From positions 1 to 59,722 of the forward strand of contig JAWVYU010000001.1 in the NCBI GenBank assembly GCA_033722575.1: 59,722 nucleotides of DNA, given 5' to 3'. Below, piece by piece: positions 1 through 8,955 of this stretch. The DNA is from Ketobacteraceae bacterium. GTDB lineage: Bacteria > Pseudomonadota > Gammaproteobacteria > Pseudomonadales > Ketobacteraceae. The notes beneath the pieces are model-generated. The model was not told where the DNA came from. It saw only the letters and a list, made by a program, of their open reading frames with translations, and did no database searches. Position numbers and translations under genes: made by a program. Numbering within the stretch: position 1 is the stretch's first letter; each line of letters starts with the position of its first letter.

Positions 1-134
1 CACTGGAATTGCGGCTTATATTACCGTAAAAGCCGTAAATTACCGGATTTAAACAGGATATAATTTTGTGTGATAGCCGGGGCTGTTATAATTCATCCCC
101 TTTTTTTGAGAGTGGGCTCCTAAGCGATTGATTT

Positions 135-1397
135 ATGGTGTTACTGGCGTTTGGTATTAACCATCGGACCGCCCCGGTTGACGTGCGCGAAAAAGTCGCG
201 TTCGCCCCGGACTGCGTGGCTGATGCGCTCCGGGAGGCGCGCCGCGAGGCGAACCTGTCGGAGGTTGCCATTCTGTCCACCTGTAATCGCACCGAAGTCT
301 ACGGGGCCTGTGACCGTAAGGACAGCCAGCGTCTGGTGGACTGGATCGGCCGTTATCATCACCTGCAGCAGGGTATGTTGCGGGAAAGCGCCTATGAGTT
401 CTGGGATCAGCGGGCCGTGATGCACATGATGCGAGTAGCCAGCGGGCTGGATTCCATGGTGCTGGGAGAACCCCAGATTCTGGGTCAGCTGAAAACCGCG
501 TTTCAGGTGGCCCGCGAGGCCGACACCCTGGGGCCGCTGCTGGGGCGGATGTTCCAGCACTCCTTTTCGGTGGCCAAGCGGGTACGGACTGACACCGGAA
601 TTGGTACCAATCCGGTCTCTGTTGCCTATGCGGCCGTGTCCCTGGCCCGTCATATATTTTCTGATTTGTCGAAGAACTCGGCGTTGCTGATTGGCGCCGG
701 TGAAACGGTGGAACTGGTGGCCCGGCACCTTCATGAGCAGGGGGTCAAGGATATCGTGGTGGCTAACCGGACCCTGGCACGGGCAAATTCTCTGGCAGAA
801 ATGTTCAGTGGCCGGGCCATTACACTGTCGGAAATTCCCGACATGCTGCATCGGGCCGACATTGTGATTTCTTCCACTGCCAGCCAGCTGCCTATCCTGG
901 GCAAGGGCGCGGTGGAGCATGCTCTGAAAAAACGTCGCCACAAGCCCATGTTCATGATGGATATTGCTGTACCACGGGATATCGAAGAGGAGGTGTCGGA
1001 GCTGGCGGACGTCTACCTTTACACTGTGGATGACCTGCAGCAGGTGGTGGATGAAAATCGCAAGCAGCGTGAGCGTGCGGCAACGACGGCCGAGTCGATT
1101 GTGTCGGAAGAATCACAGCTTTTCATGGAAGGCCTGCGGGGTCTGGATGCCGTGGAAACCATACGGGCCTTCCGCGAAATGATGGAAACCCACCGCGAAA
1201 CGGAACTGGCCAAGGCAGTGCAGGCCGTGGCGCGTGGTGAGGATCCCGGCGAAGTCATGCAGCGCATGAGCCGTGCCCTGACCAACAAGATGCTGCATGC
1301 GCCCACCATACAACTGAAAAAGGCCGGCGAAGCCGGTCAGCTGGAAAAACTGCGCTGGGCTGAGTCCCTGCTGGGTATTGACAAGAAAGAGCACTAA
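135..1397 (+). CDS. hemA: glutamyl-tRNA reductase
   Basis: 420-aa ORF. The N-terminus [23 protein letters not shown] and the active-site region [12 protein letters not shown] are hallmark HemA sequences. It is followed by prfA-prmC, as in many gammaproteobacteria. Confidence 0.95.
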   Translation: MVLLAFGINHRTAPVDVREKVAFAPDCVADALREARREANLSEVAILSTCNRTEVYGACDRKDSQRLVDWIGRYHHLQQGMLRESAYEFWDQRAVMHMMRVASGLDSMVLGEPQILGQLKTAFQVAREADTLGPLLGRMFQHSFSVAKRVRTDTGIGTNPVSVAYAAVSLARHIFSDLSKNSALLIGAGETVELVARHLHEQGVKDIVVANRTLARANSLAEMFSGRAITLSEIPDMLHRADIVISSTASQLPILGKGAVEHALKKRRHKPMFMMDIAVPRDIEEEVSELADVYLYTVDDLQQVVDENRKQRERAATTAESIVSEESQLFMEGLRGLDAVETIRAFREMMETHRETELAKAVQAVARGEDPGEVMQRMSRALTNKMLHAPTIQLKKAGEAGQLEKLRWAESLLGIDKKEH

Positions 1398-1405
1398 TCC
1401 AATTT

Positions 1406-2488
1406 ATGAAAGAATCTCTGCTGAGAAAACTGGAAAGTCTGAGTGACCGCTATGAGGAAATCGGCCATTTGCTGAGTGATCCGGAGGTGATCAGTAACCA
1501 GGGTCAGTTTCGCAAACTGTCTCAGGAATATTCCGAAATCGAGCCGGTGGTGAAATGTTTCGGCGAATACTCCCAGGTTCTGGAAAACCTGGAAGAGGCC
1601 AGGCTGCTGCTGGAAGACAGCGATCCTGACATGCGCGAAATGGGTCAGGAAGAGCTGAAATCCGGCGAGGTGCGCAAGGAAACTCTGGAAGAGGATCTGC
1701 AGAAACTGATGTTGCCGCGGGATCCGAATGACGGCCGTAATGTGTACCTGGAAATCCGTGCGGGCACCGGCGGTGACGAGGCAGCGATTTTTTCCGGGGA
1801 TCTGTTTCGTATGTACTCCCGCTATGCGGAAACACAGGGCTGGCGAATTGAAGTGGTCAGTGCCAGCGAAGGTGAGCACGGCGGCTACAAGGAACTGATT
1901 GCCCGTGTGGTGGGGCAGAACGTGTATTCCCGCCTGAAATTTGAATCGGGGGCCCATCGCGTCCAGCGGGTGCCGGAAACCGAATCCCAGGGCCGGATCC
2001 ATACCTCGGCCTGTACCGTGGCGATTCTGCCGGAGCCCGATGAAGTGGGCGAGGTGAATATCCGCACGGAAGATCTTCGCATCGACACCTATCGCTCCTC
2101 CGGGGCCGGCGGTCAGCATGTTAACACCACGGACTCTGCTGTTCGTATTACCCACCTGCCCACCGGCGTTGTAGTGGAATGTCAGGAAGAGCGCTCCCAG
2201 CACAAGAACAAGGCCAAGGCCCTGTCACTGTTGCAGGCCAAACTGCTGAACAGTGCGCAAGAAGCAGCGGCAAAGGAAACCAGCGATACCCGCCGTAATC
2301 TGGTGGGCAGCGGGGACCGCTCAGAGCGTATCCGCACCTATAACTACCCTCAAGGGCGGGTCACGGATCACCGTATCAATCTGACCCTGTATAAACTCTC
2401 CGAGGTGATGGAAGGCGATCTGGATGAGGTGATCCAGCCGTTGATCAGTGAACACCAGGCCGATCAGCTGGCGGCACTGGCGGAGTAA
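1406..2488 (+). CDS. prfA: peptide chain release factor 1
   Basis: 360-aa ORF with the GGQ motif ([20 protein letters not shown]) and an RF1-type P-x-T loop (RVPETE). Sits in the conserved hemA-prfA-prmC context. Confidence 0.95.
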   Translation: MKESLLRKLESLSDRYEEIGHLLSDPEVISNQGQFRKLSQEYSEIEPVVKCFGEYSQVLENLEEARLLLEDSDPDMREMGQEELKSGEVRKETLEEDLQKLMLPRDPNDGRNVYLEIRAGTGGDEAAIFSGDLFRMYSRYAETQGWRIEVVSASEGEHGGYKELIARVVGQNVYSRLKFESGAHRVQRVPETESQGRIHTSACTVAILPEPDEVGEVNIRTEDLRIDTYRSSGAGGQHVNTTDSAVRITHLPTGVVVECQEERSQHKNKAKALSLLQAKLLNSAQEAAAKETSDTRRNLVGSGDRSERIRTYNYPQGRVTDHRINLTLYKLSEVMEGDLDEVIQPLISEHQADQLAALAE

Positions 2489-3336
2489 TGATGACGGTGG
2501 CCGGTTTGTTGCGGACTGCCAGAGAGCGTCTGGACTCCGTTAGCCCCACTCCGGCACTGGACGCGGAACTGTTGCTTGCCCGGGTGCTGGAGGAAAGCCC
2601 CACCTGGCTGAAAACCTGGCCTGAAAAGGCTATTTCGCAGGGTGATTCGGAGCGCTTTGAAGTGTTGCTTTGCCGTCGTCTGGGGGGTGAACCCATTGCT
2701 TATATTCTGGGCAGCCAGCCATTCTGGACCCTGGATCTGCGGGTGTCTCCGGACACGCTGATCCCGCGGCCCGAAACCGAGTTACTGGTGGAAACCGTGC
2801 TGGCGCTCATGCCGGCAGAAGCCCCGCTGCGGGTGATTGACCTGGGTACTGGCACGGGCGCCATCGCCCTGGCTCTGGCCAGCGAGCGACCGCGCTGGCA
2901 TATTACCGCCTGTGATGATTCTGCTGCCGCGCTTGCCGTGGCCACTGCCAACCGCGACGGCCTTGGCCTTGAGGTATCGCTGGTCCGGTCTGACTGGTTT
3001 GACCGCATCGAGCCCCAGGTGTTTGATGTGGTCGTGTCCAATCCCCCCTATATCGAATCCGGCGACAGACATCTCAGCGAAGGGGATCTCCGGTTTGAGC
3101 CCGCAAAGGCGCTGGTTTCCGGCGAAGACGGGCTGGCGGATATCCGCCGGATCGTGCGGCAGTCCGCCGCTTATCTGGCAGAGGGCGGGCTGCTGATACT
3201 GGAACACGGTTTTGATCAGGCAGCAAAAGTGCGCGATATTCTGGAGGACAGCGGTTATGCCGGGATAGTGACCTGCAGGGATCTGTCCGGCCATGAACGC
3301 GCAACGTACGGGTTTCGCCCCGGTCACAGCCACTGA
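2488..3336 (+). CDS. prmC: release factor glutamine N5-methyltransferase
   Basis: 282-aa ORF. SAM-binding VIDLGTGTGAIALA and catalytic NPPY (VVSNPPYI). The start overlaps the prfA stop. Confidence 0.9.
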   Translation: MMTVAGLLRTARERLDSVSPTPALDAELLLARVLEESPTWLKTWPEKAISQGDSERFEVLLCRRLGGEPIAYILGSQPFWTLDLRVSPDTLIPRPETELLVETVLALMPAEAPLRVIDLGTGTGAIALALASERPRWHITACDDSAAALAVATANRDGLGLEVSLVRSDWFDRIEPQVFDVVVSNPPYIESGDRHLSEGDLRFEPAKALVSGEDGLADIRRIVRQSAAYLAEGGLLILEHGFDQAAKVRDILEDSGYAGIVTCRDLSGHERATYGFRPGHSH

Positions 3337-3357
3337 CAACGTCTGGAGCCTGCCACC

Positions 3358-4107
3358 ATGTTAAACGACGAACAGTTACTCCGTTACAGCCGGCAGATCA
3401 TGTTGCCGCAGTTTGATATCAGCGGGCAGGAAAAAATCTGTGATGCCAGTGTGCTTATTGTTGGAGCCGGCGGCCTGGGGTGCCCGGCTGCCATGTACCT
3501 GGCGGCCGCAGGCGTGGGCAGTTTGACACTGGTGGATCACGATGTGGTGGAACTCACCAACCTCCAGCGGCAGATCGCCCACGATACCACCACCCTCAAT
3601 CTGCCCAAGGTGGAATCTGCCGCGCAGACCCTGCGCCGGTTGGCACCGGAATGCCGGGTGATTCCCGTTAACGAATCATTGTCAGAAGATAACGTGGCAG
3701 AACTGGTGGCAAACGCCGATCTGGTGCTGGATTGTTCTGATAATTTTGCCTGCCGTTTCCTGTTGAACCGGCATTGCGTTCTGGCGGGAAAACCCCTGGT
3801 ATCCGGCGCTGCTATCCGCATGGAAGGGCAGGTGTCCGTATTCGATATGCGCGATGCAGGCAGTCCCTGTTATCGGTGTCTCTATGATGAAACCGGGGGT
3901 GAGGATATGCGTTGTGCTACCAATGGCGTATTGGCACCGGTGGTGGGTATCATTGGCAGTGTCCAGGCTACCGAGGCACTGAAATTACTGGCCGGGGTCT
4001 CGGGGACCCTGACAGGGCGCCTGCTGCTGATGGATGCACAGCAGATGGAGTGGCGCACCATGAGGCTGAAAAAAGATCCCCATTGTCCGGTATGCGGTGG
4101 GCACTGA
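3358..4107 (+). CDS. moeB: ThiF/MoeB-family adenylyltransferase (molybdopterin-synthase adenylyltransferase likely)
   Basis: 249-aa ORF. Opens with LRYSRQI, has the nucleotide loop VGAGGLGC and two CxxC pairs (CYRC, CPVC). MoeB versus ThiF cannot be decided from sequence alone. As I recall, moeB follows hemK in Pseudomonas. Confidence 0.75.
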   Translation: MLNDEQLLRYSRQIMLPQFDISGQEKICDASVLIVGAGGLGCPAAMYLAAAGVGSLTLVDHDVVELTNLQRQIAHDTTTLNLPKVESAAQTLRRLAPECRVIPVNESLSEDNVAELVANADLVLDCSDNFACRFLLNRHCVLAGKPLVSGAAIRMEGQVSVFDMRDAGSPCYRCLYDETGGEDMRCATNGVLAPVVGIIGSVQATEALKLLAGVSGTLTGRLLLMDAQQMEWRTMRLKKDPHCPVCGGH

Positions 4108-4139
4108 ATAATAAGAATTACAAACAGGAGTTGAGCTTG

Positions 4140-4841
4140 ATGGTGGGTTTCATTTTAAGGTTCGCGGGTATTTTCTGGTTGGGGTTTCTTGCGTCGTTGC
4201 ATGCCTACGGAGAGGTCCAGAAAAAGCCCTTGTCAGACATCGATATTGACCAGTTTACCAGTGAGCTGCAGGTGGTGGTTTCCGATGCCAGCTCCATGAC
4301 CCAGGTATGGTGGATCCCTGCCGAGTTCTGGGCCAGTGCCTTCACCCGTACCAATCCTGCGCTGGCAGAACAGGCCATGTCCGCGCTCTCGGATTACGGC
4401 ATTCTGGCGGTGGTGCAGGCGGATATCACACCCCTGGCATCCTTTGTTTTTCATGATCGCGAGGATGTGGCAAAGCGCATGTCCGTCAGGTTCAGCAGCT
4501 ATGCCCGCGAAACGGTCCAGCTGGAACAGGCCTCTGAGCTTCCCGATTCCGTGCAAATGCTGATTAATGTGCTGGGCCCCATGTTTGCGAATACCATGGG
4601 TGAACTGGGCAAGAACATGCACCTGTACGTGATGGATAACACCGATAAAAACGGCATTATTATTGATCCCTACAAACAGGGTCGGGTGACAGTTAATCTG
4701 GCCGCTACCAAAACTACACCGGAACGCCACCTGTCCATTGACCTGCCGGTGGATGCGCTTTATGAGCCGCGCTACTGCCCCAACGGCAAACCGGCCCATA
4801 TCTCCTGGAACTATTGCCCCTGGAGCGGGAAAAAACTGTAG
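4140..4841 (+). CDS. hypothetical exported protein
   Basis: The ATG at 4140 opens MVGFILRFAGIFWLGFLASLHAYGE, a signal-peptide-like N-terminus. The longer tracked ORF starting at 3912 overlaps moeB and was trimmed. I recognise no family. The C-terminus has a Cys pair (YCPNGKPAHISWNYCPW). Confidence 0.6.
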   Translation: MVGFILRFAGIFWLGFLASLHAYGEVQKKPLSDIDIDQFTSELQVVVSDASSMTQVWWIPAEFWASAFTRTNPALAEQAMSALSDYGILAVVQADITPLASFVFHDREDVAKRMSVRFSSYARETVQLEQASELPDSVQMLINVLGPMFANTMGELGKNMHLYVMDNTDKNGIIIDPYKQGRVTVNLAATKTTPERHLSIDLPVDALYEPRYCPNGKPAHISWNYCPWSGKKL

Positions 4842-4868
4842 GTTTGCGGATCGGTCAGGCAGAGCCCC

Positions 4869-5279
4869 TCAGATGAGGGGCCCGATATGCTGAAGATAGC
4901 CGGCTTCCCGCAGGCGGGTTGTGCGAAACAGCACTTCGTCGGGAGAAAGCTCCAGCTCTTTGGCAAAAATATGGAAGGGTCTGCTGGAGAGCGGCAAACC
5001 TCTGCGCAGCAGGGCCAGCAACTGCTTGTCCCAGTGAGTTAACAGGGTTTTGGTCATGCGGGGATCATTCACGTTCCACAGACTGGGTCGCTGGCGGCTG
5101 ATGCGGTGTTCACGAATCAGGTGGTGGATTCGCAGAATAAGCGCCATTTCTCCCATATCCAGTGCGGTCGCAACGGCTTTATAGGGTCGTGCACAGATGG
5201 GGAGTCCGGCTTTCACGTTCTGCACGATCCGGGTGTCCAGATCGGCCAGATTGTCGTACTGGTAGTTCGGTTGCTTCAT
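4869..5279 (-). CDS. Lrp/AsnC-like protein made of two tandem NirD-type winged-HTH modules
   Basis: 136-aa ORF. Two internal repeats share the pattern D-x9-GLP-x3-RP(Y/F): LDTRIVQNVKAGLPICARPYKAVATAL and WDKQLLALLRRGLPLSSRPFHIFAKEL. This is typical of the N-terminal HTH of NirD/L/G/H-AhbA/B-type Lrp-like proteins. No C-terminal RAM/ligand domain is visible. Confidence 0.6.
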   Translation of the reverse strand: MKQPNYQYDNLADLDTRIVQNVKAGLPICARPYKAVATALDMGEMALILRIHHLIREHRISRQRPSLWNVNDPRMTKTLLTHWDKQLLALLRRGLPLSSRPFHIFAKELELSPDEVLFRTTRLREAGYLQHIGPLI

Positions 5280-5415
5280 AGGGCGTACCTCAACCGTTAC
5301 GAGTGAACCCTTTTAACTACCAGAATTGTCATAGTTCGTTAAATTCTTAATTTATATAACTAAATAAATATCTGCTATAAGCGATTTTATGTCTGGAAAA
5401 TAAACAGGTTGTATT

Positions 5416-5453
5416 TAGTTCTACACTTTGATAGTTTTCAAACTATAGAACTA
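5416..5453. promoter_or_regulatory. nested palindrome in the AT-rich divergent region between the Lrp-like gene and the OYE gene
   Basis: TAGTTCTA (5416-5423) pairs with TAGAACTA (5446-5453). Inside it, ATAGTTT (5431-5437), TC, then AAACTAT (5440-5446). It lies 23-60 nt upstream of the OYE start. Confidence 0.35.
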
Positions 5454-5475
5454 ACAAGACAGGACGGTACTGACT

Positions 5476-6765
5476 ATGACAGCAACAAACACAGCAACAC
5501 AGAGCACAGCCACAACGGCAACAGAGAGCCCGGCAGAGATACTGGGTCAGCCACTGATATTGAAAAGCGGGGTTACCCTTAAGAACCGGTTTGCCAAATC
5601 GGCCATGAGTGAAACCCTTGGCACGGCCGAAGGGGAACCTACCCCCATGCTGGCAAAACTCTACCAGGCGTGGGCCCGTGGTGGCACAGGGCTGCTGATT
5701 ACCGGCAATGTCATGGTAGACCGGCGGTGTCTGGGGGAGCCCAATAATGTGGTGTTTGAAGACGAGCGTTTCCTGCCCGCTATCCGGGAATGGGCGCAGG
5801 CGGCCACTGAAAACAACACACATGCCTGGGTTCAGCTCAATCATCCCGGCAAGCAGTCGCCCGGTATGCTGTCGAAGCAACCCATGGCGCCTTCCGCTAT
5901 TCCGCTGGCAAAGGAGTTGCGCAGTTTTTTCAATCCGCCCCGGGCCATGACCGAGGAGGACATCCATCAGCAGATCGAAAATTTCGGACGGGCTGCCGGT
6001 ATCGCAAAACAGGCCGGTTTTACCGGCGTTCAGATTCATGGCGCCCACGGTTACCTGGTGAGCCAGTTTCTGTCGCCTCACCATAACCAGCGCACGGATC
6101 AGTGGGGTGGCTCCATTGAAAACCGCGCCCGGTTTGTTCTGGCGGTTTATCGCAGTATCCGCGCCGCGGTGGGAGAGTCCTTTCCGGTAGCTATTAAAAT
6201 GAACTCGGCTGACTTTCAGCGGGGTGGATTTACCGAAGATGAATCCATGCTGGTGGCGGAAATGCTGGCGGATGCAGGCATGGACCTGATTGAGATATCC
6301 GGCGGCAATTACGAATCACCCAGTATGACCGGACTGAATGTAAAAGAGAGCACCAAAGCCCGCGAGGCCTACTTTCTGACCTATGCAGAGACTGTTCGCC
6401 AAAGGATTGATACGCCGCTGATGGTGACCGGCGGATTCCGGACCCACCAGGGTATGGCGGCGGCAGTGCGCAGCGGTGCCACCGATCTGGCGGGACTGGG
6501 CAGGCCGCTGGTCATTGAGCCGGATTTTCCCAGCCGGATACTGCGTGGTGAAAGCTTCACCAGTCAGGTGCGGCCACGGCTCACCGGTATCAAGGCCATT
6601 GACGAGCGGGCCATGATGGAGACTGCATGGTACACCAATCAGCTGAAACGCATTGCTCAGGGCAAGGGCCCTAAAGTGAACGAGCATCCCCTGGTGGCTT
6701 TTCTCCGCTATCTGACGGTCAGCTCCCTGCGAGGAGTAAAAATACAGCGGCTAAGGGCAAGGTAA
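5476..6765 (+). CDS. NADH:flavin oxidoreductase, Old Yellow Enzyme family
   Basis: 429-aa ORF with the OYE-like core, including VQIHGAHGYLVSQFLSP. The N-terminus is a Thr/Ala-rich low-complexity extension. Confidence 0.85.
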   Translation: MTATNTATQSTATTATESPAEILGQPLILKSGVTLKNRFAKSAMSETLGTAEGEPTPMLAKLYQAWARGGTGLLITGNVMVDRRCLGEPNNVVFEDERFLPAIREWAQAATENNTHAWVQLNHPGKQSPGMLSKQPMAPSAIPLAKELRSFFNPPRAMTEEDIHQQIENFGRAAGIAKQAGFTGVQIHGAHGYLVSQFLSPHHNQRTDQWGGSIENRARFVLAVYRSIRAAVGESFPVAIKMNSADFQRGGFTEDESMLVAEMLADAGMDLIEISGGNYESPSMTGLNVKESTKAREAYFLTYAETVRQRIDTPLMVTGGFRTHQGMAAAVRSGATDLAGLGRPLVIEPDFPSRILRGESFTSQVRPRLTGIKAIDERAMMETAWYTNQLKRIAQGKGPKVNEHPLVAFLRYLTVSSLRGVKIQRLRAR

Positions 6766-6975
6766 CGGGGCGCCCGCGGTTTTTTTATGTGGCTATATGC
6801 CGGAGCTATGTAACTGAAGGCCAAGCACTTTCTAGGTCGGTCCGCCAAAGGCTGCCAGAATATCCAAACGGGGGGTTTACAGGCAGGGTGACCGCGGGTA
6901 CTTTGACACTAATGGAGTAGATAAAACGACCAAAAAAGCACAATAACAATAATCACAAAAAGCGGTTCAAAGGCC

Positions 6976-7818
6976 ATGGCTAACAGCTCCCAGCTCTACT
7001 TGTGGAATGATCGCACCCTGTATATAGGACCAGCACCACAGCGCAGTTGCCTGTCATTCGGTTCGGCATGTCTTGTTGTTTTTCTTGACGCCAACGCAAC
7101 CCTCCGGTTTCAGGATCAATTTGTCACCGCGCAGACTTTTCTGATTTCCAGCGGTTGCGCTTTTGAAGTGGACCGGCACCAGGGGCGGGCGGCAGTGCTG
7201 TTGCTGGACTCTCTCGGTTACGAATACCACGCCCTGCAGGGCACCATGATGCATCGCACACCATCCTACAGCTGGCACTCCATGACGGAAAAAGCGGTCG
7301 CCCAGACCTTTCGCACTATTTTTCGTGGTAACTATGGTGCCCGGGACCTATACCACTGGATGCGCAGCCTGACGCGGCCGGAAGAGTACATGAAAGCATC
7401 CCGGTATGTTCATGATGCACGGATTGAAAAGGCCATGACCCTGATCAAGAACTACGGTGCAACGCCCATGGATATCATGGATTGTGCGCAACAGGTGGGA
7501 GTGAGCGTGATAGAGCTGGAAGCGCTGTTCCGCCGGCATCTTGGGCTGTCCATCAAGGGGTTTCGGGCCTGGCGGCTACTGGGAGATACCATCACCTATG
7601 CAGCGGAAGGCGATGACCTGGGCACCGCCAGTCGCAAGGCAGGTTTCAGGGATGAACATCAGTATCTCCGGGTTTTCTCCCGGCATTTCGGCATGCACCC
7701 AAGGGCCCTGGCCAAATATGCCCAGGGCACGGATATCTACATCTACAAAAAGCCCATCGCGTCGGAAGAGCCCAAAGAAGCGCTTTACTCAGCACCGGAC
7801 TTCTTTGAGCTGGTGTAG
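6976..7818 (+). CDS. AraC-family transcriptional regulator
   Basis: 280-aa ORF. The C-terminal double HTH (MDCAQQVGVSVIELEALFRRHLG ... ASRKAGFRDEHQYLRVFSRHFGMHP) is typical of AraC/XylS. Confidence 0.85.
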   Translation: MANSSQLYLWNDRTLYIGPAPQRSCLSFGSACLVVFLDANATLRFQDQFVTAQTFLISSGCAFEVDRHQGRAAVLLLDSLGYEYHALQGTMMHRTPSYSWHSMTEKAVAQTFRTIFRGNYGARDLYHWMRSLTRPEEYMKASRYVHDARIEKAMTLIKNYGATPMDIMDCAQQVGVSVIELEALFRRHLGLSIKGFRAWRLLGDTITYAAEGDDLGTASRKAGFRDEHQYLRVFSRHFGMHPRALAKYAQGTDIYIYKKPIASEEPKEALYSAPDFFELV

Positions 7819-7841
7819 CGGGTGTGCTGCTATATCAGGTG

Positions 7842-8651
7842 TCAGCCTTTGGTGGCGCTTTGTTGCAGCAGGACCTTGAGTTCTTCCATTTGTCGTGACA
7901 GGTCCTCCAGCGTCAGTTTGCCTTCGGCTTCGTCCTGAGCTGCCTGCTCTTTGGCATGCTCCTGTTCCAGAACACCCACAATAATGCCGATCACCATGTT
8001 CAGGAAGGCAAAGGCCGTGAAGAAAATAAAGGTGACATAGAAGATCCAGCTCATGGGATAGACCGCCATGGTTTCATACATCACGTCGGTCCAGTCTTCA
8101 AACGTCATGACCCGGAAAAGTGTCAGCAGCGAACGGGTAATGTCGCCCCAGAGCACCTCGTTGATGCTCGCAAAAAAGGTGGCGCCAATGGCAGCGTAAA
8201 TGTAGAAAATAATAAACATCAGCAGCATCACATAACCCAGCTGGGGCAGGGCCTTGAGCAGGGAATTGAGCAGCATGCGCAGTTCGGGAATGATCGATAC
8301 CATTCGCAGCACGCGGAATATCCGGATTAACCGGCCCACCAGCGCCATGTCGGAATTTTCTGCCGGAATCAGGCTCACCACCACGATCACCGTATCGAAC
8401 ACATTCCAGCCCTGCTTGAAAAAATCTCGCTTGCGCTCTTCACCAAGAAAACGAACGATGATCTCCACCAGAAATATTGCGGTAATGAACCAGTCCAGCC
8501 AGGTCATGAGGGTGAGCAGTCGGGAAGGGATGTCATAGGTTTTCGCGCCAATGACCAGTGCTGAGAAGATAATGATAAAAACCACAAACAGCTCAAAGGC
8601 TTTGTTGCTGCGAATTTTCAGAAAGCGCTGCTGAAGGGAATCGGTATTCAT
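7842..8651 (-). CDS. bacterial voltage-gated cation channel (BacNav/NaChBac family, single 6-TM domain)
   Basis: 269-aa ORF. S4 carries four Arg at every third position (GRLIRIFRVLRMV). The pore loop is LFRVMTFEDWTDVMY. A C-terminal coiled-coil-like tail follows (LTLEDLSRQMEELKVLLQQ). Confidence 0.85.
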   Translation of the reverse strand: MNTDSLQQRFLKIRSNKAFELFVVFIIIFSALVIGAKTYDIPSRLLTLMTWLDWFITAIFLVEIIVRFLGEERKRDFFKQGWNVFDTVIVVVSLIPAENSDMALVGRLIRIFRVLRMVSIIPELRMLLNSLLKALPQLGYVMLLMFIIFYIYAAIGATFFASINEVLWGDITRSLLTLFRVMTFEDWTDVMYETMAVYPMSWIFYVTFIFFTAFAFLNMVIGIIVGVLEQEHAKEQAAQDEAEGKLTLEDLSRQMEELKVLLQQSATKG

Positions 8652-8804
8652 AGTCTCACTTGTGAAAGGTGGAAAAAACCATTGGGACAGGCGTCAGATC
8701 TGATCGTGTGCTGATCAATGCCGAAGCGGGATATTAGCACAAAACCATTATTTTCCAGCAATTCAAAGGCTTAAAACCTGGAGTTCAATGGGCGGAATTT
8801 ATGC

Positions 8805-8833
8805 TTGACTAAGAGACCAGTGGTCACTAATAT
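8805..8833 (+). promoter_or_regulatory. sigma70-like promoter upstream of the SDR gene
   Basis: TTGACT (8805-8810), a 17-nt spacer, then TAATAT (8828-8833). About 120 nt upstream of the SDR start at 8956. Confidence 0.5.
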
Positions 8834-8848
8834 TGGTGACCGCTGGTC
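8815..8848. promoter_or_regulatory. 13-bp inverted repeat (operator-like) overlapping the promoter
   Basis: GACCAGTGGTCAC (8815-8827), an 8-nt spacer TAATATTG, then GTGACCGCTGGTC (8836-8848). The arms are complementary at 12 of 13 positions. The repeat spans the spacer, the -10 box and the predicted transcription start. Confidence 0.5.
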
Positions 8849-8955
8849 ATTAATTGCTGGCCAGTTCCCGGTCAATAACCTGATCGGTAAAGATAAACTG
8901 AGCGATCAAAACAACCGGTAAATATAAACGGATTGAAAGGCAGAAAGGTGACGTC

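Noticed and set aside
3912-4139. N-terminal extension of the 4140-4841 ORF (tracked from 3912).
   Set aside because: It overlaps the 3' third of moeB in another frame. The signal-peptide-like sequence starts at the ATG at 4140, after the moeB stop.
4864-4881. GC-rich hairpin GCCCCTC-AGAT-GAGGGGC between convergent genes.
   Set aside because: It overlaps the stop codon and last codons of the Lrp-like gene and has no T/U tract on either strand, so I do not call it a terminator.
5476-5535. ACA/GCA-rich imperfect repeat encoding the Thr/Ala-rich N-terminus of the OYE protein; possible slipped-strand tract.
   Set aside because: The repeat units are irregular, with no perfect tandem array of 3 or more identical units. 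It is more likely just a low-complexity linker or an over-extended start.
6766-6787. Possible terminator after the OYE gene (CGGG-GCG-CCCG followed by CGG and T7).
   Set aside because: The stem is only 4 bp with a 3-nt loop, and the T-run is separated from it. This is too weak to list as a feature.
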